64,000 bases of DNA from a bacterium (GTDB lineage: Bacteria > Zixibacteria > MSB-5A5 > GN15 > FEB-12), in the NCBI GenBank assembly GCA_043811375.1, contig JBDRNJ010000027.1:1-64000 (forward strand), read 5' to 3'. The stretch's first letter is position 1. The number at the start of each line of letters is the position of its first letter. Under the pieces are notes generated by a model that did no database searches, was not told the DNA's origin, and saw only the letters and a list, made by a program, of their open reading frames with translations. Made by a program: the position numbers and the translations under genes. Positions 38,243 to 47,452 of the stretch are shown piece after piece.

Positions 38243-38372
38243 GAATTGGATGAATTGGATATGTGTAAACTAAACCAATTCAATTGGACAACTCAACTGG
38301 ATTTATAACAACGAACGCTCGTTTGCCAGGATAGTCACCCAACTCAGTACCGACGGAAGAGGCTGAATTGGA
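38243..38372. repeat. Cluster of AATTGGA short repeats
   Basis: AATTGGA at 38244, 38253, 38282 and 38366; AACTGGA at 38295; inverted CCAATT at 38275. Confidence 0.6.
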
Positions 38373-38568
38373 ATTTACAACGAAATCAATGCACAGGCGA
38401 GAACAGGTGGAAGCCGATAGGTCGGCAAAGAGTGAGAAGGGGTCATGTTCGTTTCGTGCCACGTTTCTTCACCTACCGCTGCCAAATTGGCATGATCGGA
38501 TGCTAAGATCAGGGAAACAACGATGTGGAGACTGACACCAAGGGCAATTCACAGGACAGGACAAAGGC

Positions 38569-38802
38569 GTGCCACGTGACCTGTTGACGCCCCAGCAGCT
38601 TGCTGATGTGCTCGGTGTGAAACTTTCCACCATCTATTACTGGAGCCACACGAGGTATATCCCAACAGTCAAAATGGGAAGGCTATTACGGTTTAGACGC
38701 AGTTCAATCGAGCGATGGCTTGAAAAGCGAGAGAAGCCTCCAGTCAACAGGAAACAGTTGGCCAGCTCGGCAATGAAATCGAACTCAGCAACATTGAAGT
38801 AA
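38569..38802 (+). CDS. xis: Excisionase-like HTH_17 protein
   Basis: LLTPQQLADVLGVKLSTIYYW...IPTVKMGRLLRFRRSSIERWL. Confidence 0.9.
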   Translation: MPRDLLTPQQLADVLGVKLSTIYYWSHTRYIPTVKMGRLLRFRRSSIERWLEKREKPPVNRKQLASSAMKSNSATLK

Positions 38803-38847
38803 CGTTTGAGATGTCGACCAAGAACAAAGTGTCAGCAGCAGCCATAT

Positions 38848-39897
38848 CTAGTCAGATTCACTCAAGTAATTCAAGTTTTCTACTGCTCTCCTATGAGCGT
38901 CCTGAGTTGTGTGAACATAGGTCATTGTCATGCGTATGTCTGAGTGTCCCAGAAGCTCCTTGACCACAGGCAGTGGCACACCTGAGTCAACTAAGAAGCT
39001 GCCGAATGTGTGTCGAAGAGAGTGAACAGATGTTAGATTGGCAATTCCTGCACGTCTCGCAATCAGGATTAGTCGCTTTCTGATTTCACCGTGAAATGTT
39101 GGTCTACCTTCAAGGGTGAAAACGTACGGGTGCTCGTCGCCACGATTGACGCAAAGGGACCGTAGGACGTGCTTCAACTCGGGACTCATGGCAATATCTC
39201 TTTCACCTGTTTTCGGTTTCCAATCATCTTTGTGGCGAATATAGATGACTTCTTTCTCAAAATCGACATCTTGCCAGGTCAGGTGCTCCAATTCACCGCG
39301 ACGCATACCCGAGTGCAAGAATCCCAAGATCACTGACCTCATATCTGGGGGGCTCGCGTCCAGAAGGACTGACACTTCGTCCTTTGTCAGGATACGATGA
39401 GGCTTAGCGTCCATCACTCGTTGGAACCTAATGCCATCAGTCGGGTTCTTCTCGGCCAAATCCCACTTGATAGCATAATTGAAAATCGTCCTCAGAGTTT
39501 TGATTTCAAAATTCATACTCTTCGTCATTGGAGGTTGCGTGCCCGCGAGCCGAGATTGGCGGTACCTCTCTATGACTCCAAGATTGACTTGCGAACAGAG
39601 CCTTATTCTCGGTTCGGTAACGAGGAATTCTTGAAACCGGTCTATCACATTCTGATAACGCTGGCTGGAAGCACATGCCATGTTCATCTTGGCGAAACTG
39701 GCAAATTGGACGAACACGTCTGAGATTAGAGAATCGTTTCGGTCAAGGCCATACTCCCCACGCACAAGGCGTCCCTCGATGTCGGCTAGGACTTCAAGGG
39801 CCAGCCTCTTACTGGGTCCCACGATCTTGCGAACCCGAATGCCTTTTCGGCAGACGTCGATCTGATAATTCTTCCCTATCTTCCGCAAGGAACCCAT
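38848..39897 (-). CDS. int: Phage/ICE-type tyrosine integrase
   Basis: Arm-binding N-terminus, SGMRRGEL, KPKT, HSLRHTF, LLGHSDIRMTMTY; adjacent to the tRNA-Asp 3' end. Confidence 0.95.
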   Translation of the reverse strand: MGSLRKIGKNYQIDVCRKGIRVRKIVGPSKRLALEVLADIEGRLVRGEYGLDRNDSLISDVFVQFASFAKMNMACASSQRYQNVIDRFQEFLVTEPRIRLCSQVNLGVIERYRQSRLAGTQPPMTKSMNFEIKTLRTIFNYAIKWDLAEKNPTDGIRFQRVMDAKPHRILTKDEVSVLLDASPPDMRSVILGFLHSGMRRGELEHLTWQDVDFEKEVIYIRHKDDWKPKTGERDIAMSPELKHVLRSLCVNRGDEHPYVFTLEGRPTFHGEIRKRLILIARRAGIANLTSVHSLRHTFGSFLVDSGVPLPVVKELLGHSDIRMTMTYVHTTQDAHRRAVENLNYLSESD

Positions 39898-39914
39898 TAC
39901 ATCTCACGCTGTTT

Positions 39915-39972
39915 TCGTGTCAAATCCTTGTCAAAAAGATACAAAAAGGTTGGCGTCGTGTCAATAACTTAT
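39915..39972. promoter_or_regulatory. Putative att arm sites / IHF-like site
   Basis: TGTCAAA at 39918 and 39929 (11-bp spacing), TCGTGTCAA at 39915 and 39956, and GTCAATAACTTA resembling the IHF consensus. Confidence 0.45.
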
Positions 39973-40004
39973 TGGTAATTAAAGGGATAAAGTCAAAACA
40001 AATG

Positions 40005-40078
40005 CGGGGTTGACGAGACTCGAACTCGCGGCCTCCTGCGTGACAGGCAGGCGTTCTAACCAACTGAACTACAACCCC
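40005..40078 (-). tRNA. tRNA-Asp(GTC)
   Basis: GGGGTTGTAGTTCAGTTGGTTAGAACGCCTGCCTGTCACGCAGGAGGCCGCGAGTTCGAGTCTCGTCAACCCCG; CCA not encoded. Confidence 0.97.
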
Positions 40079-40153
40079 GACTTCTACTTTACTATCGACG
40101 AGCCCGTCAACAGACTTCACCCGGCGGCCAACTCTCATCCAGCGCCCTTCAAA

Positions 40154-40227
40154 TGGGCGATACTGGATTCGAACCAGTGACCCCCTGCGTGTAAAGCAGG
40201 TGCTCTAACCAGCTGAGCTAACCGCCC
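40154..40227 (-). tRNA. tRNA-Val(TAC)
   Basis: GGGCGGTTAGCTCAGCTGGTTAGAGCACCTGCTTTACACGCAGGGGGTCACTGGTTCGAATCCAGTATCGCCCA. Confidence 0.97.
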
Positions 40228-40490
40228 ATCGCCGTCTGTCACCTCTCGTCAGACCGACATACTACAACAAAACTGAGAAAAAGCAAGCATTATCCAGCGT
40301 CGGCCATGCCCCCCTCCTGAAGACAAACCAGTTTTTTCTTTTGCCCCGGTTGCATGTCTATCGTATTATTAATCAAGCTGTTCCACGACAGCAGTGCCCC
40401 GGGTCGGAGGAGCGCTGGTTGATTTTACCGGTTACCGACCAGGTCGGCTAATTTCTGCTGTCTGCAGAGAAACGCTGGGAAAGGAGAGAG

Positions 40491-41054
40491 ATGATGGCAG
40501 ACAAGAAAGGCAAATTTGCCACTCCCGAGTGGCTGGTTGGGTCCAAAGTTTATCTGCGCCCGGCGACACCTGAAGATGTAGCCACTTTTCAATATTGGTC
40601 GGAGCAAAGCAACCCGGAGATGTTAAGTTGTCACGCCCAACCGTTTCTGACACCGACCCAGGCAGCGGAAAAGTATAAGAACCGGGAAGTGTCGACTTCG
40701 CACCAGAAGTTCGCCGTAATCAGAAAAGATGACCAGATGCTGGTCGGTTCGGTGGTGTTTTTCAACTACAACGAGTTGAATCGGTCGGCGGAACTGGGAC
40801 TGTTGATCGACCCCGATGAGCGCAAGAATGGCCATGGTAAAGAGGCTTTGCAGCTGCTCGCCAGCTATCTGTTTAAGCAGCGCGGCCTGAACAAAGTCTA
40901 TGCCCAGACAGCCGAACCGAATGAAGCTACTGTGGCGTTGCTGGAGGGGCTGGGTTTCAAGAAAGACGCCACCCTCCGTGACCACTATTTTTTCAACAGT
41001 GAGTTCCACAACGGCGTCATATATTCGTTACTACTGTTTGAACTGCACTGGTAG
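40491..41054 (+). CDS. RimJ/RimL-family GNAT acetyltransferase
   Basis: VYLRP...SAELGLLI...GHGKEAL...GLNKVY...N...LLEGLGFKKDATLR. Confidence 0.92.
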   Translation: MMADKKGKFATPEWLVGSKVYLRPATPEDVATFQYWSEQSNPEMLSCHAQPFLTPTQAAEKYKNREVSTSHQKFAVIRKDDQMLVGSVVFFNYNELNRSAELGLLIDPDERKNGHGKEALQLLASYLFKQRGLNKVYAQTAEPNEATVALLEGLGFKKDATLRDHYFFNSEFHNGVIYSLLLFELHW

Positions 41055-41104
41055 CTGCGGCAGCAACTGACACACTGGTGTCCCCGTTATGCAAGGAGGT
41101 CAGG

Positions 41105-42331
41105 ATGGATGACGATAGATCGAGATTGAGCCGTCGCCGGTTTCTGTCCGGTTCTGCGGCAGCGATGGTTACCGCCGGATTGGCCGGTGTTCCGCTTCGG
41201 GAAGCGTTGGCCGACGATACCACCAAACAGGCCAAAGAGAAGCCCGGGGAAATCATCTATCGCACTTTGGGCAAGACCGGTATCAAGATGCCGATTGTCG
41301 GCATGGGTGTCATGAACGCCGACAATCCCGGCGTCGTGCAGGCATCCTATGAACTGGGCGTCCGGCATTTCGATACCGCTGCCTACTACCAGTCGGGACG
41401 CAACGAAGAAATGGTCGGCCGGGTGATCAAGAAGTTGGGCGTGAGGGACAAGGTGATCATTGGTACCAAAATCTTTACACCTGACATGTACGGCGACCTG
41501 GAACCGGACGCCACCAAAAAGACCATTCTCGCTCAGTTCGACGGTTGTCTCAAACGTCTGCAGATGGACTACGTGGATATACTTTATCTGCATAACGTCA
41601 AGGATCCGGCTATTCTCACGCATCCAGCCGTGCAGAAGACCTTTGCCGCCATCAAAAAGCAGGGCAAGGCGCGGTTTATCGGCTTGACCACGCACACCCG
41701 CATGGCCGAGCCGATCAAGGCGGCCTTACAGACTAATCTCTGGGAGGTTATCCTGACAGCGGTGAACTTCACCCTGGTTGATTATACCGATCTCTATGCC
41801 GCTATGGCCCAGGCGGCCGAAAAGGGAGTCGGCCTGATCGCCATGAAGACGCAGGCAGGAGGGCCAAACCTGCCGGACCAGGACAGCGCCGAAAAATACT
41901 CCAGCGCCACCATGACCACCGCAGCCTTGAAATGGGCGCTCCATCTGGAGCATATCACGACCGCGATCCCCGGTTACACTAACTACGAGCATATGAGGCA
42001 GGATTTCTCGGTCGCGTCAGATTTTGCTTACACCAAAGAGGAATCGCAATTCCTGACCGACAACAAGGTCAAACTGGGTTATGGGTTCTGTCGTCAGTGT
42101 TACAGTTGTCTGGCCAGTTGTCCGCGTGGGGTCGAGGTACCTGGCCTGATGCGGACCTGGATGTACACCCGACAGTATGCCAACTTCCACCAGGCGCGCG
42201 CTACCTACGATGAAATCCCGCGTAGCAAATCACTGGCTGCCTGCTCCGATTGTTCCGAGTGCACCGCACGATGCGTCCATACAGTGGATATCCCTCGCCG
42301 CGTGGAGGAGCTCAAGCTGGTCTATGCGTGA
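41105..42331 (+). CDS. Tat-exported aldo/keto reductase with C-terminal 4Fe-4S domain
   Basis: SRRRFL Tat motif, YRTLGKTG, FDTAAYY, CRQCYSCLASCP. Confidence 0.92.
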   Translation: MDDDRSRLSRRRFLSGSAAAMVTAGLAGVPLREALADDTTKQAKEKPGEIIYRTLGKTGIKMPIVGMGVMNADNPGVVQASYELGVRHFDTAAYYQSGRNEEMVGRVIKKLGVRDKVIIGTKIFTPDMYGDLEPDATKKTILAQFDGCLKRLQMDYVDILYLHNVKDPAILTHPAVQKTFAAIKKQGKARFIGLTTHTRMAEPIKAALQTNLWEVILTAVNFTLVDYTDLYAAMAQAAEKGVGLIAMKTQAGGPNLPDQDSAEKYSSATMTTAALKWALHLEHITTAIPGYTNYEHMRQDFSVASDFAYTKEESQFLTDNKVKLGYGFCRQCYSCLASCPRGVEVPGLMRTWMYTRQYANFHQARATYDEIPRSKSLAACSDCSECTARCVHTVDIPRRVEELKLVYA

Positions 42332-42431
42332 AGTGGGAGAGGGGGTGGAAGAAGTCAATGTTACCCACACCGATGAATTGCTGTCTGAGATGATCTGTCA
42401 TGACTGTGCTGCGGAATAGAGGACAGGCGTT

Positions 42432-43766
42432 ATGAACTCTGAAATAGCTTTGAAAAAGCTCTGCAAGAGTATCCTGTTTGATCGAAAGAAACCGGATACC
42501 GCGATATCCACTTTATCTGCTCACAGGAGTGGACCTATCCCTTCGGAATATCTTACTCCAAAGATGCTTGCATTAGAACATACATTTCTTGAAATCTCAG
42601 GATCGCACTATGATGCTTATGTAAAAGCACTTGCAGTTCTCGAAACCGATATGGAGGTAGAATACCTCTCTCAAAATGAACTGGATGATAGTCTTTGGAA
42701 CCTAGTCTGTGATGTTTGGACTAAATCAAAAGAACACTCACTAAAACAGCGCCCGCACCAACGGATTGATGAGTTCCTTAAGCAAGTTCGCAGACCTCTT
42801 ACAGAGTTTGTAATCGCTTTCTCGATTGAGAATTTAGAAGGTGATCTGCCTCCTACCGAATGTTGGAGAGCACAAATAAAGAAATACACACTCGCAGAAC
42901 TGGAGGAGATCAGTATAGATTGTGACCCGTACATAATAAGAGGACTTAAACGTGATTTCGAGAACAAGCTAGCTGTCCAGGTTACCGAGACCGGAACTAG
43001 TTGGAAGCTCGCTTTGGAACGAAGTCGGCCGAAGGCTATCGAGTGTCTCAACATTCTCAAGACATACTTCTCTGAGTCCCGGCGGCTAACAGACGAGAAT
43101 CTCCTTTTCCATTTGTCAGGGTCAGCCATGATCGTCAGTAAAGATCAATCGAAGCTTGTAGCGACAAATTTTGATTCACCGCGAGGATCGATAGGCCTCA
43201 GGCAAATTGAAGATTTCGATACTACATTTATCGATATTCAGTCGCAGTATAACAATTTAACTACTCTTGGTCCCGGTATCCAGGCTGCTGTTTCCAGGGC
43301 ATTCCACTGGACCGCTCGCTCTTTCGAAGCCGAAGAGACTGATGAAAAGGTTCTCTACCTGTGTATTGCGCTTGAGTGTATCCTTACCACCAAAGCAGAC
43401 CGTAAAAAAGGTGAATCCTTGGCATATCGCGTAGTCCTACTACATTCAGTTTGCGGTGAACCCTTCGTTGACCCTTCGACCTTACTTCGAATCTACGAAT
43501 TGCGCTCCAATGTTACTCATGGTGCGGAGTTAATGGTGTTAGGGCTGAAAGACTACGGGACGATGCGGTTCGCGACACGGACGACAATCTTTCACTTCCT
43601 GAGTTTCGTGAACAAGTACAGTCTCAGGAGCGTATCGGCCGCCATTAGCAAACTAGAGGAATCAGACAAAACGAACCAACTCCTGAAATGGTTGCGGAAT
43701 AGCCCCTATACGTATCACAAGTTGATATATGAAGCACTAGAAACGGCTGTTAAACAGCCATCCTAA
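42432..43766 (+). CDS. ApeA-like HEPN-domain protein
   Basis: KVLYLCIALECIL...RIYELRSNVTHG (Rx4H); AT-richer than its flanks. Confidence 0.75.
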   Translation: MNSEIALKKLCKSILFDRKKPDTAISTLSAHRSGPIPSEYLTPKMLALEHTFLEISGSHYDAYVKALAVLETDMEVEYLSQNELDDSLWNLVCDVWTKSKEHSLKQRPHQRIDEFLKQVRRPLTEFVIAFSIENLEGDLPPTECWRAQIKKYTLAELEEISIDCDPYIIRGLKRDFENKLAVQVTETGTSWKLALERSRPKAIECLNILKTYFSESRRLTDENLLFHLSGSAMIVSKDQSKLVATNFDSPRGSIGLRQIEDFDTTFIDIQSQYNNLTTLGPGIQAAVSRAFHWTARSFEAEETDEKVLYLCIALECILTTKADRKKGESLAYRVVLLHSVCGEPFVDPSTLLRIYELRSNVTHGAELMVLGLKDYGTMRFATRTTIFHFLSFVNKYSLRSVSAAISKLEESDKTNQLLKWLRNSPYTYHKLIYEALETAVKQPS

Positions 43767-43797
43767 GCTATCTACCGAGTTTGAACAGACCCCCTCT

Positions 43798-45027
43798 TTA
43801 CTCCCTACCCACCCCCAGCTCCCGCAAATACTCCACCGCCGCATCTTTGCAACAGGCGTTCGGGTTTTCGGTGTGGCGGGTGAGGTAGTCGATTGCCACC
43901 GCACGTTCCTGAACGTCCGGTGTCAGGCGGGCGATTTCGTAATAGCTGCGCAAAAGCTGTCTCTCAACGTCGTCGATTGATACTTCAGGTCGTATCCGCC
44001 GTGCCTTGGCGTCGGCCAGCTCTCGATGAGGAGATGTCAGGTCGGCGTGCAGAGTTTGTAGAGAGTCCCGTCGCTGACGCCAGCCGGCCAGGCTGGTGTC
44101 GGTCGGTGGGATGACAACCCAACTGACAACTGTCTCAGCGGCAGCGTCGGTCTCGACCGCCTTTTCGGTAATACGCATCGGTACGACGGATACAGGTTTC
44201 ATCGCTACCTGTGACTTGGCCGAGGCGGTGACTGAAACTTCCTCCACCGCATGTGGCTCGGTCTTCTTACTTCCGACATCTCCCGGTTCAGGCGAAACCG
44301 AATCAATCTTAGTCGAAGTAGCTTCTGAGTAAACCTGGCCTGATCGTCCTTTGGCCACACCGGACACATCCTGCAGAAGTTCCTGCACCGTTTTTGCTTC
44401 CGGCGTCAGTTGGGTGTCCACAGCCATCAGGTTGGTCTGTGGCGCGACCTCGACTGCTTCTATCAACTCCGCCTCGTTAAAGTCAACCTCGATTTTGGGC
44501 GCTGGCGGTATCTCTATGGCGACGGTCTCATCGTCAGCTTTGCTTTCGACATCACCCCGGCGAGACATCTTCGGTTCCGATGCCTGTTTTTCAACTGTTT
44601 CGTCGTCTTTGGTTGCCGGTGTTTCCAAAATCCGTGGCGTTTGCTGAACATCTTTCAGGATGTCCGATTGATACAGTCCGATAAACGCCAGTACCGCCAC
44701 CGAGGCGGCGACTGCAACGATCTTGCCGGTCATGCCCGTCCACCGGAAACGGGAAACATCAGTGATCTTCGTCTCCGCCAGTGTATCCAACCGCTGTTCG
44801 ATAGCCTGCGCCGATTGTTCCCAGTAATCACCGTCCGGAAGCGAAGCCTTGTCCGCTACGAGTTGGTCCAGTCTTTCGATCTCACCCAGCAACTGTCGGC
44901 ATTGCTCACATTCGTCGAGATGACGCCGAACAGCTTCTTTTTCCATAGGTGAAAGCTCACCATCTGCGTAGGCTGATATGCGGTCGCGGTAGTATGAATG
45001 ATCCATTCTTGTCACCGTTGCAGGCAA
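43798..45027 (-). CDS. Zf-HC2 anti-sigma factor
   Basis: ISAYADGEL...HLDECEQC, followed by a TM helix. Confidence 0.9.
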   Translation of the reverse strand: MPATVTRMDHSYYRDRISAYADGELSPMEKEAVRRHLDECEQCRQLLGEIERLDQLVADKASLPDGDYWEQSAQAIEQRLDTLAETKITDVSRFRWTGMTGKIVAVAASVAVLAFIGLYQSDILKDVQQTPRILETPATKDDETVEKQASEPKMSRRGDVESKADDETVAIEIPPAPKIEVDFNEAELIEAVEVAPQTNLMAVDTQLTPEAKTVQELLQDVSGVAKGRSGQVYSEATSTKIDSVSPEPGDVGSKKTEPHAVEEVSVTASAKSQVAMKPVSVVPMRITEKAVETDAAAETVVSWVVIPPTDTSLAGWRQRRDSLQTLHADLTSPHRELADAKARRIRPEVSIDDVERQLLRSYYEIARLTPDVQERAVAIDYLTRHTENPNACCKDAAVEYLRELGVGRE

Positions 45028-45037
45028 TTATTGCCCA

Positions 45038-45640
45038 TTATAACAAGTCTTTCAATGATTGAAGCAACATCTGTCGCGCCCGGTAGAGTCGCGAGTCGAC
45101 AGTGCCGGGGGGGATCTTCAAGTGAGAGGCAATCTCCGCATAATCCATTTCTTCGAAATGCCGTAGCGTGAACACCACCCGATATTTCTCCGGAAGCGCC
45201 GCCACCTCCCGGTAAAAGCGTTTCTGGGCCTGGTCCGTCAGCAGTTTATCCAGCGGTCCCAGGTCGGCTGACTGCGGATCGAAACCTTTTTCGCGCAAAT
45301 TGTCCAGGGAGTCCTTTTTCTCTTCTCGCCGCATAAGGTTGAAAGCCAGGTTGCGGGCAATAGTTGCCAGCCAGGGGTAGAAGGCATACTCAGGTCGAAA
45401 ACTGTCCAGAGCGGTATATGTTTTTACGAATGCTTCCTGCACAATATCCTCAGCCGTATCAAATGATCCCACCAGTCCGAGCACAAACCTCATCAGGCGC
45501 TTCTGGTGTTGCCGAATCAGGCGTCCAAAAGCTTGCCGGTCACCTCGCTGGGCGGCCTCGATTATAAGGCGCTCGGAATTTTTCTCTCCACCATTAGATA
45601 CCGCCCGGCAGCCTAATTCTTCCCGACTGTTTTCAGCCAT
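45038..45640 (-). CDS. ECF sigma-70 factor
   Basis: AEDIVQEAF, FYPWLATIARN, YAEIA...GTVDSRLYRAR. Confidence 0.95.
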   Translation of the reverse strand: MAENSREELGCRAVSNGGEKNSERLIIEAAQRGDRQAFGRLIRQHQKRLMRFVLGLVGSFDTAEDIVQEAFVKTYTALDSFRPEYAFYPWLATIARNLAFNLMRREEKKDSLDNLREKGFDPQSADLGPLDKLLTDQAQKRFYREVAALPEKYRVVFTLRHFEEMDYAEIASHLKIPPGTVDSRLYRARQMLLQSLKDLL

Positions 45641-46661
45641 TTGCCTGGCGACCGCCGCCGGTCAGAGTAAGCGCCAGTATCTGAAGCGCCATAGCCGGTT
45701 TGAATCTTCCCCGGCGCAATTCAGCTTCGGCTTCTGCGATTTCAATAATTATCTGCTCCAGGCGCCGATTATCATACCGGGCGGCCTGTTCTGAAAACTT
45801 GGCCGTCAGGAAACCCCGCTTGCCCAGCGGCTTCTTGCCGTTCTTGACCAGGTACAGCGATATAAAATGCTGCAGCATCAGTGATATCAGGTTGGACGGA
45901 TACGTTCCGGTCGCCACCAGCGTTTCGATCGCTCGAAGCACTTTGGCGGTATCTCCGGCTACTACCACGTCGGCGACTTGAAAGATATTATGTACTTCGT
46001 AACCGGCGGTAAGTTGGCGGATGTCGTCTATGGTGACTGTTTCGCCTTTCTGCCGGTAGTTGACCAGTTTGCTCGTTTCGGCCACCAGCGCGCCGCGGTT
46101 ACCCGCCACCAGTTCCGCCAGCAGTTCGGCCGCCGGCGGTTCGATACTGATTTCCTCGGCACTTAAAGCTCGATGAATCTGGCTCTGCACATCGCGTTTA
46201 CTAAGCCGCCTGAATTCGACCGGCTCGGCCGCTTTTGTAACGGTTGTGAAAAAACTGGAATTGCGCCGGGGAGTCTTCGATGACGGGCTGCTCATAATCA
46301 CCAGCCGGTTCGGTTGCGGCGGGTCCAGCAGGCTCAGGATAGATTTCAGTTCTTTGGCGGAAAAGCTCTGGATACTGCTCACGGCGAACGCCTGCCGCTT
46401 CCCTAACATCGGCAGACTTGACAGTTCGGCCAGCAGATCGGCACAGGAGGTACGGTTGCCGTCGATCTTGTAGTAATTGGTGAGCAGTTGTTTGTCGGGC
46501 AGAAACTGTCTGACGAGGTATTTTACCGCCTCGGTCTTGCGGTAATCCTCGGTGCCGAAAAAGTAGTAGACCGGGCGAAACTTGCCGTCTGACACATCCT
46601 CAAAAAGTTTCCGGGGAGAAGTCATCGACGACAGTATATATCGCCGACTCCGAAGCGTCAA
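45633..46661 (-). CDS. holA: DNA polymerase III delta subunit
   Basis: FRPVYYFFGTEDY, SLPMLGKRQ, ETSKLVNY...TIDDI. Confidence 0.92.
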   Translation of the reverse strand: MTLRSRRYILSSMTSPRKLFEDVSDGKFRPVYYFFGTEDYRKTEAVKYLVRQFLPDKQLLTNYYKIDGNRTSCADLLAELSSLPMLGKRQAFAVSSIQSFSAKELKSILSLLDPPQPNRLVIMSSPSSKTPRRNSSFFTTVTKAAEPVEFRRLSKRDVQSQIHRALSAEEISIEPPAAELLAELVAGNRGALVAETSKLVNYRQKGETVTIDDIRQLTAGYEVHNIFQVADVVVAGDTAKVLRAIETLVATGTYPSNLISLMLQHFISLYLVKNGKKPLGKRGFLTAKFSEQAARYDNRRLEQIIIEIAEAEAELRRGRFKPAMALQILALTLTGGGRQANG

Positions 46662-47059
46662 TCAAAAAGGGAATCCAAAGCGGGGTTCCTGTCGCTGGGC
46701 ACCCACTCCAGTGAGAAACCATACTTATCGCGGTAGATATGCGTCCTGTCCAGAAGTTTGGCAAATTTATCGTCCAGCGGCTGCCGCCGGTTGACACCAT
46801 TGACGATCTTGAGATTGTTGCCGTAAATCTGGTAGGTGTGTTTCGAGGAGAAGTACTTCTGATTGCTGTCTATGAACTCCAGCAGGGCCAGCAATGCCGC
46901 CAGGTCGCCATGATCGGTGTCCACGGCCGCAAAAGGGGCTTTGAAACGGATACCGATATCCGGGATATTAAACATGACCACAGCCGATTTGTCCGGCCGG
47001 CTGTCTTCAGGAAGCTCACGTGAACCAAAGTAACATTCCATAGAGGTTCCCTGATGCAA
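46658..47059 (-). CDS. RNase H-like hypothetical protein
   Basis: ALLALLEF...IYGNNLKIVN...LEWVPSDRNPA resembles the RNase HI fold with altered catalytic residues. Confidence 0.55.
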   Translation of the reverse strand: MHQGTSMECYFGSRELPEDSRPDKSAVVMFNIPDIGIRFKAPFAAVDTDHGDLAALLALLEFIDSNQKYFSSKHTYQIYGNNLKIVNGVNRRQPLDDKFAKLLDRTHIYRDKYGFSLEWVPSDRNPALDSLFD

Positions 47060-47332
47060 TCCCTGTGCCCTGACCGGCGACGAGTAGTATCTTGTTGCCG
47101 GGCAACAGGTTGATTTCCGGTGGGTAATCGAACATCATGCAAGAGTGCAACCGGGTTCATAAAGGGGGAATGACTGTGGTGATAAGTATCACTTGATATC
47201 CCTGGTCCGAATTGAAATCTGGTAATGCACGGACAGGGGAGGACATCTTTGTCCGGGTTTTACCTGGTGTCGTAACCTCAATGTTGTTGGGATTGTGCCG
47301 GGGAATCATCCTCTTTGAGCCCATACTTCTTG

Positions 47333-47360
47333 TTGACAGCCACAAATAATTCTGTATATT
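47333..47360 (+). promoter_or_regulatory. Sigma70 promoter of the C25 peptidase gene
   Basis: TTGACA-16 nt-TATATT. Confidence 0.55.
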
Positions 47361-47452
47361 GTAACGAGTTAGGGGTATTGAAGAGTAATGTCATACCCCC
47401 GGTTACTACTATGGTCTTAGACTTGACGATTATTACAACTTCTGGAGGAAAC

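Larger units (their letters stand above)
1..40005. mobile_element. Mosaic genomic island integrated at tRNA-Asp (left boundary not in the window)
   Basis: int/xis next to the tRNA 3' end; only accessory genes to the left and core genes to the right. No duplicated tRNA 3' end was found by eye. Confidence 0.8.

Noticed and set aside
1..39900. Prophage interpretation, and attL inside the window
   Set aside because: No capsid, terminase or portal genes were recognised, and no copy of the tRNA-Asp 3' end was found by eye.
39920..40138. 72-aa ORF
   Set aside because: It is a translation of tRNA-Asp and att DNA.
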